A stretch of DNA of 62,853 nucleotides, the filler included, from Choristocarpus tenellus KU-1152 (lineage: Eukaryota > Protista > Phaeophyceae), in the NCBI GenBank assembly GCA_964200185.2. It is 12 parts of 12 records of this genome, joined end to end, with 100 filler letters (N's around TTAATTAATTAA, not from the genome) between each part and the next. Parts side by side here need not be neighbours in the genome. Positions count along the whole stretch, not along the records: positions 50,961 to 57,136 come from CAXNAD020008755.1; positions 57,237 to 60,099 come from CAXNAD020024121.1; positions 60,200 to 62,853 come from CAXNAD020025927.1; 9 more parts are not named here. The stretch is one strand, 5' to 3'. Made by a program: the position numbers and the translations under genes. Each line of letters begins with the position of its first letter. Positions within the stretch are counted from its first letter, which is position 1. Below the pieces are notes generated by a model, which saw only the letters and a list, made by a program, of their open reading frames with translations, did no database searches and had not been told where the DNA came from. Shown here piece by piece: positions 50,993 to 62,853 of the stretch.

Positions 50993-53364
50993 ACCACACA
51001 TATTTTTCTGGTTGGCAGACTTTCAACATACTTGAGGCCCCCTCTTTGAGCCTCATCATCAGCCTATAGGCTTCTGGATTAGAGTTACAAATAAATCTGA
51101 TCAATCTAAGCCGCTGGGAGCGTTTGAAACATCCGTTCCAGAGGCTCTTATTTTTTGTGGACTGGGTCTTTCAATGATGGATCCACAGCCGCATTACATT
51201 AACCGTTGTGTAGCAATGGAGAAAAAAGTTTTCCACCTCCTCGTTTCACCACTCTGGTCCCTGCTTACTACCGAAAAAGCAAAATGGACGACCCTCGACC
51301 CAAAAATAAAATAGGGGCGATGTGGGTGCTGCATATTCTGACGGTGGGATGATAAAGCATGGGTTCACTTTCAACTCAAAACTCCTTCCTTGGTCCTCAT
51401 GTCATAGATGAACTATGTTTTTTTGTCAAGGCACAGCTGAGCTTAAGTCTCTACAAAGCTGTCAATCAATATGCCTTCTGAGCTGGAGCCTCAAACTTGA
51501 ATTGAGATAGGAGTACGGTAAGGACATTTGGGTAGGAGATAAGTTTTTTTCGGCTATTACTGTGAGGGTAGTAAGACCATAAACCACCAAATGCTGAGGT
51601 GAGGGCGCAATTTACCATGCCAGTCAGAGGAACAATGTAATCTACAGCAGGACCCAGTCAGCTGGACCAAAAGTAGCACAATTTGCTGAGCAGAAACACT
51701 GACCCTTCATATAACTACTTCCATGGATTTTGAAGATTCAACTAATTCATCCGTTTCTGACAACAAACTACCCCCAAAATATGTAGTCCTGACCTCCCGA
51801 CTCAATTTGTAGTTGCCTCACATATCGTTTTATTGGCTAATTTATATTTTCTTAGTTAGATAAGATGTCAATGCTGCAAGTATGTGTGAGGCCTCTCTTT
51901 ACTCAGTCGGGCAGCTCTTTTTCAAACTGGCACATGCCCATCTTTCCCCTTTTCTTATGTGGTATCTGTGAAACATTGAGGAGGCGTGTTTCGAGTTACT
52001 AAACAGTTGCCCAAACCCTTTGAGTTCTTCGTATGCATGATACTTCTCAGTCAAACAGTCACAATGATAGGAATCCTCGAACTGAAGGGTACTTGCTTCA
52101 CTCCCAGAAAATAGTTGAGTTAGATTGACTATATATGTTACTAATCTTCTTCTATACGCATCCCTCAGGGCCGCTGAGACGGTTCTTGAGATATACTGGA
52201 GTACTTCGAAGTGTATGAAGTAAGTACTACAATTGGGCAACGCGAATCCCAAATCTAAGCTTCACTGTATTTCCAAGAAATGAAGGTTCCTTCTAGTACA
52301 GAATACCTACTTTAAAGCACTCATTTTTACGTAGCATGTAACCTGGAGTACCTTCAATCGTCTTTCTTCACCATCACAACAGATCACTTAAAATAAACCG
52401 ACCAACAGCCGGAATAAAGTAATCTGATTTACTGGACAAGTACTTCACAACAAGCAGCAGGAAATAGTATACACCTCCTAAACTCCTAGAATTTGCAAAC
52501 ACTCTAGCTATTTCAAAGATTATTCAGTGATACTTGCCGCATCTCCTTTGTTGGGTTGCTCACAATTACAAATTCCAACAACTCTTCGTACAATACGATA
52601 TTTTTTCAACCCTTTGAGCTATACACGGTGGCACAGTAGCACTGCAACGCAACAGAGCAAGACACGTCCCCATACCATGACCTGCAGTTTAGAAGGATTG
52701 CTTGCTATCTGTGTATTTAGCTCATATGGCATACGTAGAAGAAATAAGAATGCGCTCAAAAAGCTTAACTGGGTCTATCTTTGGAGATATTGCGGTAGCT
52801 ATCTGCAGTCGTTGTACCCAAATAGCTTTACTATCACTTTTTATGCCAATAATACCACCGATTAATGGGACACCAAACAAAAGTTCTGATGTGTATTGGA
52901 ACAATTTCAGGAATCTCGCATTCCTAAGAATATTTTGCGTTCATTTTGGCCCCTGGTTCACCAGAACACAATATCTATAGCAAATAGAAATTAAATGAAT
53001 TCCTGTATCCAATTTACCTTGTCCTCTAGGTAAAAGGTGATGGCAACTTTTGTTTCTTGGAACCACCAGGAATATGAGAGCTGCGATTGGTACCTGTGTT
53101 GGAACAAGAATTGAACAGCTGCTAGACATTCATGGAGAAAGTAATTGAGAAATGATTCACCGGACAAGTCTAATTCGTCCTGTTCTGCAATGAAATACAA
53201 TTAAGTGCGTGCATCTTGCCACTTCGATTCGTCATCACTTTTCAGGCACAGTTTGACATGTGAAAAGAAGCCCTATCTATATTTACACAATAATGAATGA
53301 ATACTTATACCGAGAGGGTAGGGGAGGGGTGATTCAATCAATGACAAAAAATGTAATATGCAGC

Positions 53365-55982
53365 CTAAGAAGCATCAGTTTCAGAGCCCTCCACTAATCC
53401 CCCAGACATTCCATCCGTCCCTGTCTCCAGTTGTACATCAACCCTGACGAGGTTATGATCTGATGCAGGCATGCCGGACACAATCTTATAAGAGCCAGGC
53501 ACAAAAGACCAAGGACACTTTGTCCCTCGAAAGATGTAGTCAATACGAGTCCCAAACCGTGATGTACCACCCTTATCTTGATGTCCACCATCATCGCCCT
53601 TGAATTGCTTTGCATCTTCAAAACCTTGGTCAACCCTGTCCATGAAAGGGACACAGGTGATATCTCTTCATAACATTGGCAAAGCCTAAGATCAGACTGC
53701 AGTCAAACGATGATACAGCAGCTACTACTGCAAGTGAGGAGTAGCCCAATGGGAGGCTTGTATCGCTGAGCAGTAAAAAAAAGTCCAAGTGAAAGTAGAA
53801 AAAGCGGAAGGGGGAGTAAGGTACTGTAATCTTGCACATACCCATCCTAGCTGTTGAATCAACTGAGGACGGGAGTACCCATTCATTGCAAAATATTCAT
53901 GTACAAATTGCTAAGGCAAGGTAAGAAGTGTGAGATCAGAGCTACAAAGTGTTTGCACTGAACAAAATTTCACTCACCTTAACATTTCCATGAGTTCAAC
54001 CTGAGGTGCTTCCCAGAAGTTGGCCTTTCGATGGTCCTCTATTTCCTTCCATTGTTCGGTGCTGTAGTCAATCCTTGTGAGAGCATTGAAGTCACCTGCC
54101 ACGATAAAAGCCCTACCATCATTCGTTCCAAGAATTTTCTCCAACTCGCGCAAAAGGGACTGCGCTTGCTCCATCCTTGCTCTCTGAAACATTGTACGGG
54201 GAACACACAGGATTACCATATGTAGACGGTGAAATTAAAGGAAAGCTATGCATTGGGGAATGCCTGGAACGTGTATTGAGAAATTAGCAACACTTATTAT
54301 GGTAGGTTTATTACAGTGGGCATACTATTGTGTATGATAAGGCGCCTGGTATTGCCAGTTTGTTCGAAGTACTATCATACATACAATGCATACATAGTGC
54401 TGGAACACCTAACAGCAATGATGCACTCATATACTGGCAGTGCCACAAAATAACGACTGCCTTTTGAGTCACTGCATATGGATGGGGTCACTTACGGCCT
54501 GTAGAGACATTTTACTTTCTTTAGCAAGCCACAAGTGAGGTATAGGGTATTAAATACTTGCCCTTGCTACACCACCCTGTTAAGTTTTGTCAAAGGCCAA
54601 GTGATGAGTCGAAGATATTTTTCGTCAAAAAAAATTGCAGAAGATCTTTCCTTTGCTCACCATGCCCACTGCTATGGACATTCATCCGACATCCCCATAT
54701 GAGTGAGGGTTCTGCATAGTGTTTGGGATCCTTGGGATCTATCTGCAACAGACAAGCCCCGGCCCTAACTGGTGTAGTGACCTAACCAGAAAACTTAATA
54801 GAACTTCATCTTGTAGTTCGAGACACTACTGTATACTGTAGGTAGTATTAGGATTCTACTGCTGCTTTTCACCGTCGCAAAGTTGGAAGTTCCTACCCTT
54901 CACCTGGGAGACCACATGATTGTTCGGTGTCTGATTAGTCTGGGTTTCAGTTCTTCCCTAAAACAAGTCCCTTTTTGGTGAACTCGGTGGGAGTGTACGT
55001 GTGAATATGCGTATATGTGATGCGTGTATCACATACAACATACCGCAGGCACAGTATACAAATATATTAGTTATAAAAGCAAGATCATCCCTCCTTCACA
55101 GAAAATGTTGCAACAAACTGGGTAGCTACACAACTTCCTACTTATCCATAAATCAGGATCTTACTGATGAGACATAAATTTAGTACTGTGCTTGACTGGG
55201 AGCGGGAGCGGGAAAGCTGATACTACGCACTAACTACTTTTGTGGTAGAAGCACAACACAAGTAGCCATTAAAGACGAAAATGTGTCCTGTCACTCAAGT
55301 TACACAGGTTGTTGCAAAGGTCAACGTAAGGCATATCGCATCTTGCAGAGTTGAACACACTCACCTCATCGACATGGTCGAGATGTGTGGCGCACAGTCG
55401 CAGTGGAGTAGAAAGCCCCAGGACGGTCACGACTGCAGCACTCCGAGTCTCATCGCCCCACTTACTCTGCAGCTGCCCTATCTGGTACACCTCCAATGGA
55501 AAACGACTGATAATGCCATTGCCCATGAATGTGGCTGGGCTGAAGGCGCAATCTGCCCATCCCAGTTGTTCCACCAGCCTTTTGCATCCTCTTTCGGACA
55601 CCTCCTGTAGCATTGCAGCTCACTAGCTATGGTTTACTCTGGAGTACTTAGTTGCAACTTTCTACGTTGAGTGAACATTCAGGGTCAATGGGTGTGACAC
55701 CCTACGATGTACAATGAACCCCTCCCTCACACCATTGAGTACCAGAAACCAATGTAGGCGACATCGACGACTATGGATGGAGATATCTATGGCAATAGAA
55801 GATGGAGGGAAAGTGCTCCGTACCTGCAAAGCGACGACATCCGCTTCCGAATCCCGAAGCACTTGAAGGACGTTGCTGAACCTACTCAGACCATGGACGT
55901 TGTACGTCGCTAACCGAAGATTACTGGGTCCCTCAGAGCGCGAGACCACACGCTTATCAGATCTTATCCCCTCGGCGCTCAT
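53365..55982 (-). CDS. Endonuclease/exonuclease/phosphatase (EEP) family protein, complete four-exon gene (~290 aa)
   Basis: In-phase exons 55982-55824, 55604-55365, 54183-53978, 53635-53365 with all EEP motifs: LATYNVH, DVVALQE, GNGIISRFP, THLDH, IVAGDFNA, RIDYIF, SDH. Confidence 0.93.
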
Positions 55983-56854
55983 CTAGCACCAACTTCGTTC
56001 CGATACCGCCTTTCTAAATCTGGTGTTGGACGTACCAAACCAACACACTCCTGGCGTTTACACTGGTATCAACGATCGGCTTGACTGAGGGAAATTATCG
56101 AGATCGACCTTGGCTTCGGTGAGGACTAGATCAGACTGGATGGAATGGCTGTGGTGGTATGATGAGGACAGACAACAGTTTGTATGCCACTATGGAAGTA
56201 CAAGTAATGTGTAGAAGTTTATCATAGTGATAAAGAACAGTCCAAGAATAGTCCACATCTGTGTCTTACTAATTAGGAACAATAGTAAAGTCTTGTGATG
56301 TTGGTTTGACTTTTGTCCCTCACACATCTGGGAAATGTCAGAGGGCATAATAGAGTACAATAATAGCAGAGGTTTGAACGGAACCTTTTAAAGCTTACAG
56401 GGTCACAGCAGCAGTAGTAGTAGTGGTGGACTAGATCATTTATTTGCCTTAAGTTTCATCATGCATTCAACACCTAAAAATTGTCAGAATTGTCAGGGAC
56501 AGGTTCTTCTTTGGCGATCTTCCACACACACATTTTGTGTATATGGCGCGCAGCCATATACACACACAAACGACCAACCACGAACTTGCTCATTTATTAT
56601 ATTATTGACATTTTCCAGATGGTGAGGACACCAGAAGTCCACAAACCAGAGATCCAGATGTGACCAAACAGTCAGAAGCACAGTCAGAACGAAGATCCAT
56701 TCCAATTGATATGTTTTCCTGCTGTGACGTTTGTTAATCATTCTCTGACATTTGTACTAAGGTTTGCTTCTGATCTGAATTTTGTTGGGATCATGACACA
56801 AGAACTGTGAAACTTGGTCTGACCGTCTGAGCTAGAAGACTTTGTTTGGTCTGG

Positions 56855-57029
56855 TGATTGAGACTGCGCCTTTTTGAATAGAGTTCTTGAGTCTTGACAC
56901 TTCCGCAGTTGTACCCGCGCTAGGGCTCGAACCCGCGGACCTCGGCTTTACCAGAGCTTAGAGCCTTAACCCTTCGACAAAATCCAGAATGTTAGAGTTG
57001 TGAATCATCTAATCGAAAGTCTTACATCA
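56855..57029 (-). mobile_element. 175-bp LTR (TG..CA, inverted ends) containing a tRNA-like cassette; probably a 3' LTR
   Basis: Minus strand TGATGTAAGACT...AGTCTCAATCA, preceded by purine-rich AGGAGGTGGTGGTAGTA. The 5' motif TTCGATTAGA..CAACTCTA is shared with the LTRs at 45838 and 50961. Confidence 0.62.
56911..56989 (-). ncRNA. tRNA-derived (Thr-GGT-like) sequence with Pol III A/B boxes; not an intact tRNA
   Basis: A-box-like TGTCGAAGGGTTAAGG, anticodon-loop-like GCT-CTGGTAA-AGC, variable loop AGGTC, B-box GGTTCGAGCC. Acceptor and T stems pair poorly. Confidence 0.65.
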
Positions 57030-59442
57030 TACTACCACCACCTCCTAATTTACTTATACAACAATAATATTAGTATATTTATTATTTTTGTGTATTTGTG
57101 AGAGCCACATTCCATAGAAGGTATACCCTGAAGGTGNNNNNNNNNNNNNNNNNNNNNNNNNNNNNNNNNNNNNNNNNNNNTTAATTAATTAANNNNNNNN
57201 NNNNNNNNNNNNNNNNNNNNNNNNNNNNNNNNNNNNGGGAGTGATATGTAAATTCCCTTCACCCGGGTCGGGCCCGAAAGGGCCCCCCGGGGGAGCCCCC
57301 CCCCCCCCCCCCAGGTACTTTGAGCCGTCATCACGAGTTTATGATACTGCATTACACCCTACCAGTTCAAAAAGAAGGACTATGGAGGACATTTTGCACC
57401 CCCACTTCCCAATTATTCACCTGCCAATCACCGACCATTATCCAAAGTTTGTCAGTCTCATTACCTGTTCTTTCATCCTTCAAGGAGTGTGCCAAAATAT
57501 TTCTGTACCAACGAAGGGACTATTTCGCTTCTCCTTCCTACGGACAATTAATATTCCCCTTTCCACACACACAGTGACACCTCGATTAAGCAAATATTCT
57601 TTCTGCAATTCTTCAAAATTATCTTCTTGCCCTTTCTCAGGATCCTTAATATGCAACCCTACCTACCTTTCAATTGGTTTGGCTCAAGAAAATCTATTAT
57701 TAATTGGACAATAGAGGTTTCAAAATAATCATCTCGTCAGGGGGCAATAATCATATTACTATATTACATACGCCTAAGGTACTACTTCTTGGGAAGAAGA
57801 GATAATCTATTGTCGAAGAGCGAATCGGACATGGCTGGTCTTTTATGATAGGGTTGAGATGGAGCGCATGTTTTCAATAATTTTTTGTGCACAGCTTTTT
57901 TTTCGTGTGATTGTGGAGTATCCCCCAGACGAGATGGCATTAGTAGCCGAATAGCTGGGGAGCTGTAGGGGCAGCAAGATCAGCTGAAAGATCCAGTATA
58001 CATGGCAATTGTCACTCCCTCAATCCCACGGCAGTGAGCCGTGCAAACTATTCACTCTTCTACAATATTGCTCTTCAGAGGAGTCCTTGGGGGGGTACTT
58101 GCGTTTGCTTACACCCGGGGGCAGACGACTATCGCTTAGGGAATTTTGACTAGGTTTGTACTCAGACATCCTCTTGCATTCTTAGTTGCAGCACACTTCA
58201 CCTTGCAGCAATTTCCTCAACGTTTTCTCAACAGAATGACACTAGTCTCAGTATTGCATGTACTCATGCAAACATATTGTACAATTCTGCTGAGCGATAT
58301 TTCTGTTCAGTATTCCCGTGTATCACTTGCAAGAACCGGAATGGGCTACTGCCGACTTTCTATGGCCAGAATGGGGTAGTGTCGGGCGCGATGATGTGAG
58401 TGGAAAAAAGGGGGGAGCTGTGGTGTGGGAGAAACAGGGGAAATGTTTCAGCGTACCCCCCCAGAACTCACCTCCATAGGATATGCATCTCAAATCCAAT
58501 GACCTTAAAACGACGCTACGCGGGGGTTCACAGATGATGACCACGTATGGTGTCGGTTGATGCTTAGCTCATTCAATGTCTTGCTTTTCGCTTTATGAAA
58601 AGAGGGTAAGGATCAAAGAACTGAGCATGTGGTCAAAACTCAGCCTTTATTAACATCATTCACCGTTTTTCTACAGCCAAAGAGTTAAATGAAGTCTGCA
58701 AACTGCTGTGTAAATACTCCAATCATAAATATTTATTCTGCAACTTTCAGGAATTGACATCTATTCTGTAAGATTATGTATGCATTTCAAAATCTTACTC
58801 TGCATCTTCTATCAATTCAAAGTTCCTCTTACACGAATTCTTACGTATGTATACTGTTCGCGCATTTTGGCACGCAAAGCAAAATGCTCGCGCTATTCGC
58901 CTGTAACAGGAGAACCTCCATCGGTTTGTACGGAATGTTCTGCACCGGGCCCAGGAGGAGAAACAACAAGGTTGTGTCCATGTTTGAAACTCGTGGGGGG
59001 TTGTTGGATGTAAAAGAGAAGATAAGGGTGTTCAAAATGGCATATACACATCCTCAGATACAGGAAAGCGTGAGGCCAAATACATGGCTATGGAAGATCA
59101 ACTCCGTGGAGTACAGCTCCAGCCGCAATTGAGTTCAACCTCAATACCACCTTGTACAGGGAATAGCCAACTTCTAGGTAGCAAAGGGAAATAACGACCA
59201 AAACGTGTACGGGGACAATCGCAAGTGATCATGAAGATGATGGCAATGATGGTGGGGATGGTGAGGAAGACGCAGGTCCTGGGAGTGAGGAGGAGATACG
59301 TGGTCATGAGGGACATACACACACAGACAGAAAAGGATTACCGTCAAATGTCGTAACATGTATGCGTTCCTCCTTGCGGGCAACTGCCATTTTATGGTTA
59401 GTCACATCATTTACATGTTACCACCATCAGTCATTTTTGACA

Positions 59443-59810
59443 GGCGAGGACAAGAGTTGGAGATGGCTTGGCTAAGCCCTAACAACCAGAAGATGTGCTC
59501 CAAATCCTTGCAGCATACACTCAAACTGTATGACGATAGGTCCGTTATATCAGACTATGTGATGCTCACACACAAGAAGGACGGGGAGAGAAACGCCAAT
59601 AAAGATTGTAAAAGAAAGACATCGAAAACACAACGGGAGGTCAACCTTGATCTGGACTGGGAGTTGAGCAAAGCAGTGGTTGCAACTGTGACAACCTCTG
59701 CAAATGCTTATTCCGACAGGTGTTTGCATGTCTTGATCAAGGCACGGGAAGTCAAGGAAAGGGAGGAGCATAATCTGCAATCGCAAATGGCCTGTGCTCA
59801 CCAAATACTA
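59443..59810 (+). CDS. Possible exon or decayed coding fragment, product unknown
   Basis: Acceptor-like TTTTTGACAG followed by ~120 codons of charged helical sequence; no recognisable family. Confidence 0.25.
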
Positions 59811-60268
59811 CTTGACCTGCTACTACTACTACTAAGACTGTATTTGTGGGTAAATCCACAAAATGAATGAGGTCCTTGTGGTGGAATCCTGCACACCGTT
59901 AAAAATACAACCATATTTTTCCTCTATCCCATGTCCTTGCTCTGTTATTGTCTACACGTACCCCTCATATTATCTCCTCCCTTGCACTTCCAAGTGCTCG
60001 TCAGTGTATGGAGTAGATTCGCTCATACCAGTGCTACTATTGTTTCTTCTCCACTATGTTATTGTCTCTTGTGTATATATAGTCTTACACTGTTATTGCN
60101 NNNNNNNNNNNNNNNNNNNNNNNNNNNNNNNNNNNNNNNNNNNTTAATTAATTAANNNNNNNNNNNNNNNNNNNNNNNNNNNNNNNNNNNNNNNNNNNNT
60201 TTTTTTTTTTTTTTTTTTTTTGGGCTTTATTATCTCTTTTTTTTTTTTTTTTTTTTTTCTTTTTTTCT

Positions 60269-60301
<33 letters not shown>

Positions 60302-60556
60302 AGATACTTTGAACCAGAAACACCAACATCACATCACACGATGCAACACCCCCTGAGGCTAATTCAGCAGGGCTGAATCTTCACCCAAAACGCTTGCAAC
60401 CTTCTTCACGAGAACTGCATGAAAGTTATGTACCTTTGAAGTAAGAAAAAGTAAGAAAAGCACACCAGCAACCCTGATCACATCTTGAAATCTCCTTTGA
60501 TCTTTGCCTTTCCCTTCCCCTCCCCCTCCCGAAACGTGTGCGGTATTGATCCCTAG

Positions 60557-61162
60557 GAGGGCAATAAGGAGAAAAACCCTGTAATCTTTGTCATCGCTGA
60601 AGGCACAGCAACGCTCAGTGTGAATGTAGATATAGATGTTGGTGGGCAGAAAAAAAGTGTCGAGACAGATGTCAAGGACATCAAGACACTTCAGTACGTT
60701 GGTGAGGGAATGGTGAGTGCGCTGTATGAGCATCTCTGCTCAGGGCCCAAATTATCTGGGGGGCGGGGGGGGGATAAAAGAGGACTCAGCGTGGTGAACT
60801 GGAAGAAGCAGGATGACAATTGTACACTCAACCAGACCAAAACATAAGAAGCGAGTCCGTCTGTTTTTGTGCTTCTACTATTGGGTTGCTCCTGCCCTTC
60901 TGCACCACCTGTCAGCGCCAATACAGCTGTGCTCACTTGTCACCCCCGGACGCACACTCACTCCCCCTGCTTATAGGTTCTCACTGGGGAGGCCGCACAC
61001 GCCTCAGTTCGGGCGAAGACAGATATGTTGATTTATTGCTTTACGAAAGAAGACATTGATGAGATATTGACTCCAATGACCCGGGCATGGATGATACAAG
61101 ACATGAAGATGCGGCGGTTTCAGAATCAGAATGTGAATAACATCTGGGGTGCGATAAAGTAA
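60557..61162 (+). CDS. Cyclic-nucleotide-binding (cNMP/CAP) domain protein, two exons (partial gene)
   Basis: In-phase exons 60557-60712 and 60977-61162: EGNKEKNPVIFVIAEGTATLSV...LQYVGEGM|VLTGEAAHASVRAKTDMLIYCFTKEDIDEIL. Shows the cNMP beta-roll pattern (EG..., I.eG.v, GE.., A.V.A). Confidence 0.8.
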
Positions 61163-62677
61163 GATCAATAGCTTCCAAGGATCCCTCAGAAGAAACTCTC
61201 AGCCCACCTGGCAGAGGGAGGGATTTGTAAATAGTCTAGGAGAGATATGGCCGGGACACCAGAGACTGAGACCAGAGAACTATCAAAATATTGACACTGT
61301 AGGCGATAAAGTGGGAGCTCGGTGTGCTTGGCTGTACTAGCTGATAGAAGGGTGAATGGGCGTAGCACTCTCAAACACTGAGAGGCAGGTCCCAATAGCT
61401 CATTCTCTAAACATGGCAAGGCCCACAGTATCCTAGTGATAGAGTCAGGTGTCCAATTGGGACCCTTTGTAACTCTGTAGTGATTTTGATGTCATTTGAG
61501 TGAACATGTCGGATGTAAGAACAACTTCCTTCATCTGGACGCACGATTCTTTTCTATTCCCCTGCCCTGGACCAAATCCGAAGGGAACTCACTTGCAAAA
61601 GGCTCATAGCATCCTAGAGAGGGAGGGAAGTCAGGGAAGGTCATCCACTCAGGGCTAGATCGGATGTTGCAATACAGCTCATTTTGATGCCGGTATTGTT
61701 GGTGATTTTTTTCGGATTTGGTCCAGTCAGGGGGATGGAAAAGAAGAGTGTGTCCAGATGAAAGGAATTGCCCATATATCTGACACATTTACTCAGATGA
61801 TGTGAAAACCACTAAAAGGTCGCCCAGGCCCTAAATAGACACCTGACCTCTCCTTGAGGATACTATGAGCCAAAAGGACATCAAAATGGGATGTTTTACA
61901 TACCCTACCAAGCCATGAATGGGTGACCCAGGCTAACCCCCCGTACCCTCCAGAATACAAGGGATCCAATGACAGTAATGATAGCCCTAAGGTTCTTATC
62001 CTCATCCTGTTTATACTTCAATTCATAGTGCACTTTCTATACCAATGTAATGATAAGTCTCTCCCTACCTTGATAACACATGTGCTACGATATGTCACTG
62101 TGGCGTACCAAGGAAGCCTTGATATGGTTTGTCTGCGGGTGCCCACTCCATATTTCTTTCTCCATCCCCACGGTTAAACCCCGCCCTTGCATTCACCTTG
62201 TCTCCATTCTTCCCCGTCAGTCGTGTTACCTACCCATCTTCCAAGCATTTCTTGCCCAGCTATTGCCAGTCTTGCTTTCCCCATCACTCCGTCCTTATCC
62301 CCTACCTTTCTGTTTGTTGCCTAGATATTCAACTCCTGACTTTGCTATGACTTTCAATAAAATTAAGGGACGACCCAGAGGGAATAGAGCACCTTCTAGA
62401 CTTTGCCAGGACTTTGGGCCAAGGTCACATTGTGGAGTTCTATGAGGCTGCCAGAAGGTGCGAATGCCGTTACATACCCTGACATCAGTAAATGCCACAA
62501 TGTGGGATGGATCAGACAAATAGTGACAAATAATACTTGCCAGTTTCAAATGCTGGAAAATTTGCCACTCAGAGGAGTGGGGATGTCTCGACTGGAAAAT
62601 CGGTCAAGACAAGAGCCCTGACAAAACTTCCTACCCATAACCCACCGATTCTTTCTGCAGTTTCGGCAACTCTTGAG

Positions 62678-62853
62678 GGCTCAAAGTAACTAGGGGGGGG
62701 TGGCGGCTGTCCATTCAGGGTCAATTTTTTCATATTGCGATTTTTGGATGATTTGGTTGCATATGTCGGATCGATAATGTAAATGCACTTTTCCTGATTT
62801 TGGCCCAAATGGACACCCTGGTGTAGACCTCCCCCCTCCCCCCCCCCCCCCCC
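62678..62853 (+). mobile_element. MITE family B, near-full copy truncated at window end
   Basis: GGCTCAAAGTAACTAGGGGGGGGTGGCGGCTGTCCATT...AAATGGACACCCTGGTGTAGACC; reverse-complement match to 42663-42839. Confidence 0.88.

Noticed and set aside
27857-55982. DNA-PKcs and the EEP nuclease as a DNA-repair gene cluster
   Set aside because: They are on different contigs joined artificially.
60359-60733. 124-aa minus-strand ORF
   Set aside because: Overlaps the better-supported plus-strand cNMP exon.

Overview
This is eukaryotic nuclear DNA from a fragmented assembly. Twelve unrelated contigs are joined by 11 artificial 100-nt linkers (N44-TTAATTAATTAA-N44), so adjacency across linkers has no biological meaning. 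The DNA is intron-rich with GT-AG introns. The proteins and repeats look stramenopile, probably a brown-alga-type genome; this is inference. Genes or gene pieces recognised by reading exons: a ZW10 exon; a five-exon ARM-repeat plus EH-domain protein; a PDZ-like exon; a TPR-like exon; the 5' part of an ABC1/ADCK kinase; about 14 kb of DNA-PKcs (PRKDC); the 3' end of SEC62; a complete four-exon EEP-family hydrolase; and a cNMP-binding domain. Mobile DNA includes two related MITE families sharing a TIR core (about 20 copies or fragments, many at contig breaks), a decayed DD39D-type mariner, and Copia-like LTR-retroelement pieces. The most unusual signals are a short LTR carrying an internal tRNA(Thr)-like Pol III cassette (56855-57029) and a MITE system in which the same TIR core is associated with both 3-bp and 4-bp target duplications and with self-nesting. 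All protein calls come from motif recall, not database searches. No prokaryotic or CRISPR system is visible.
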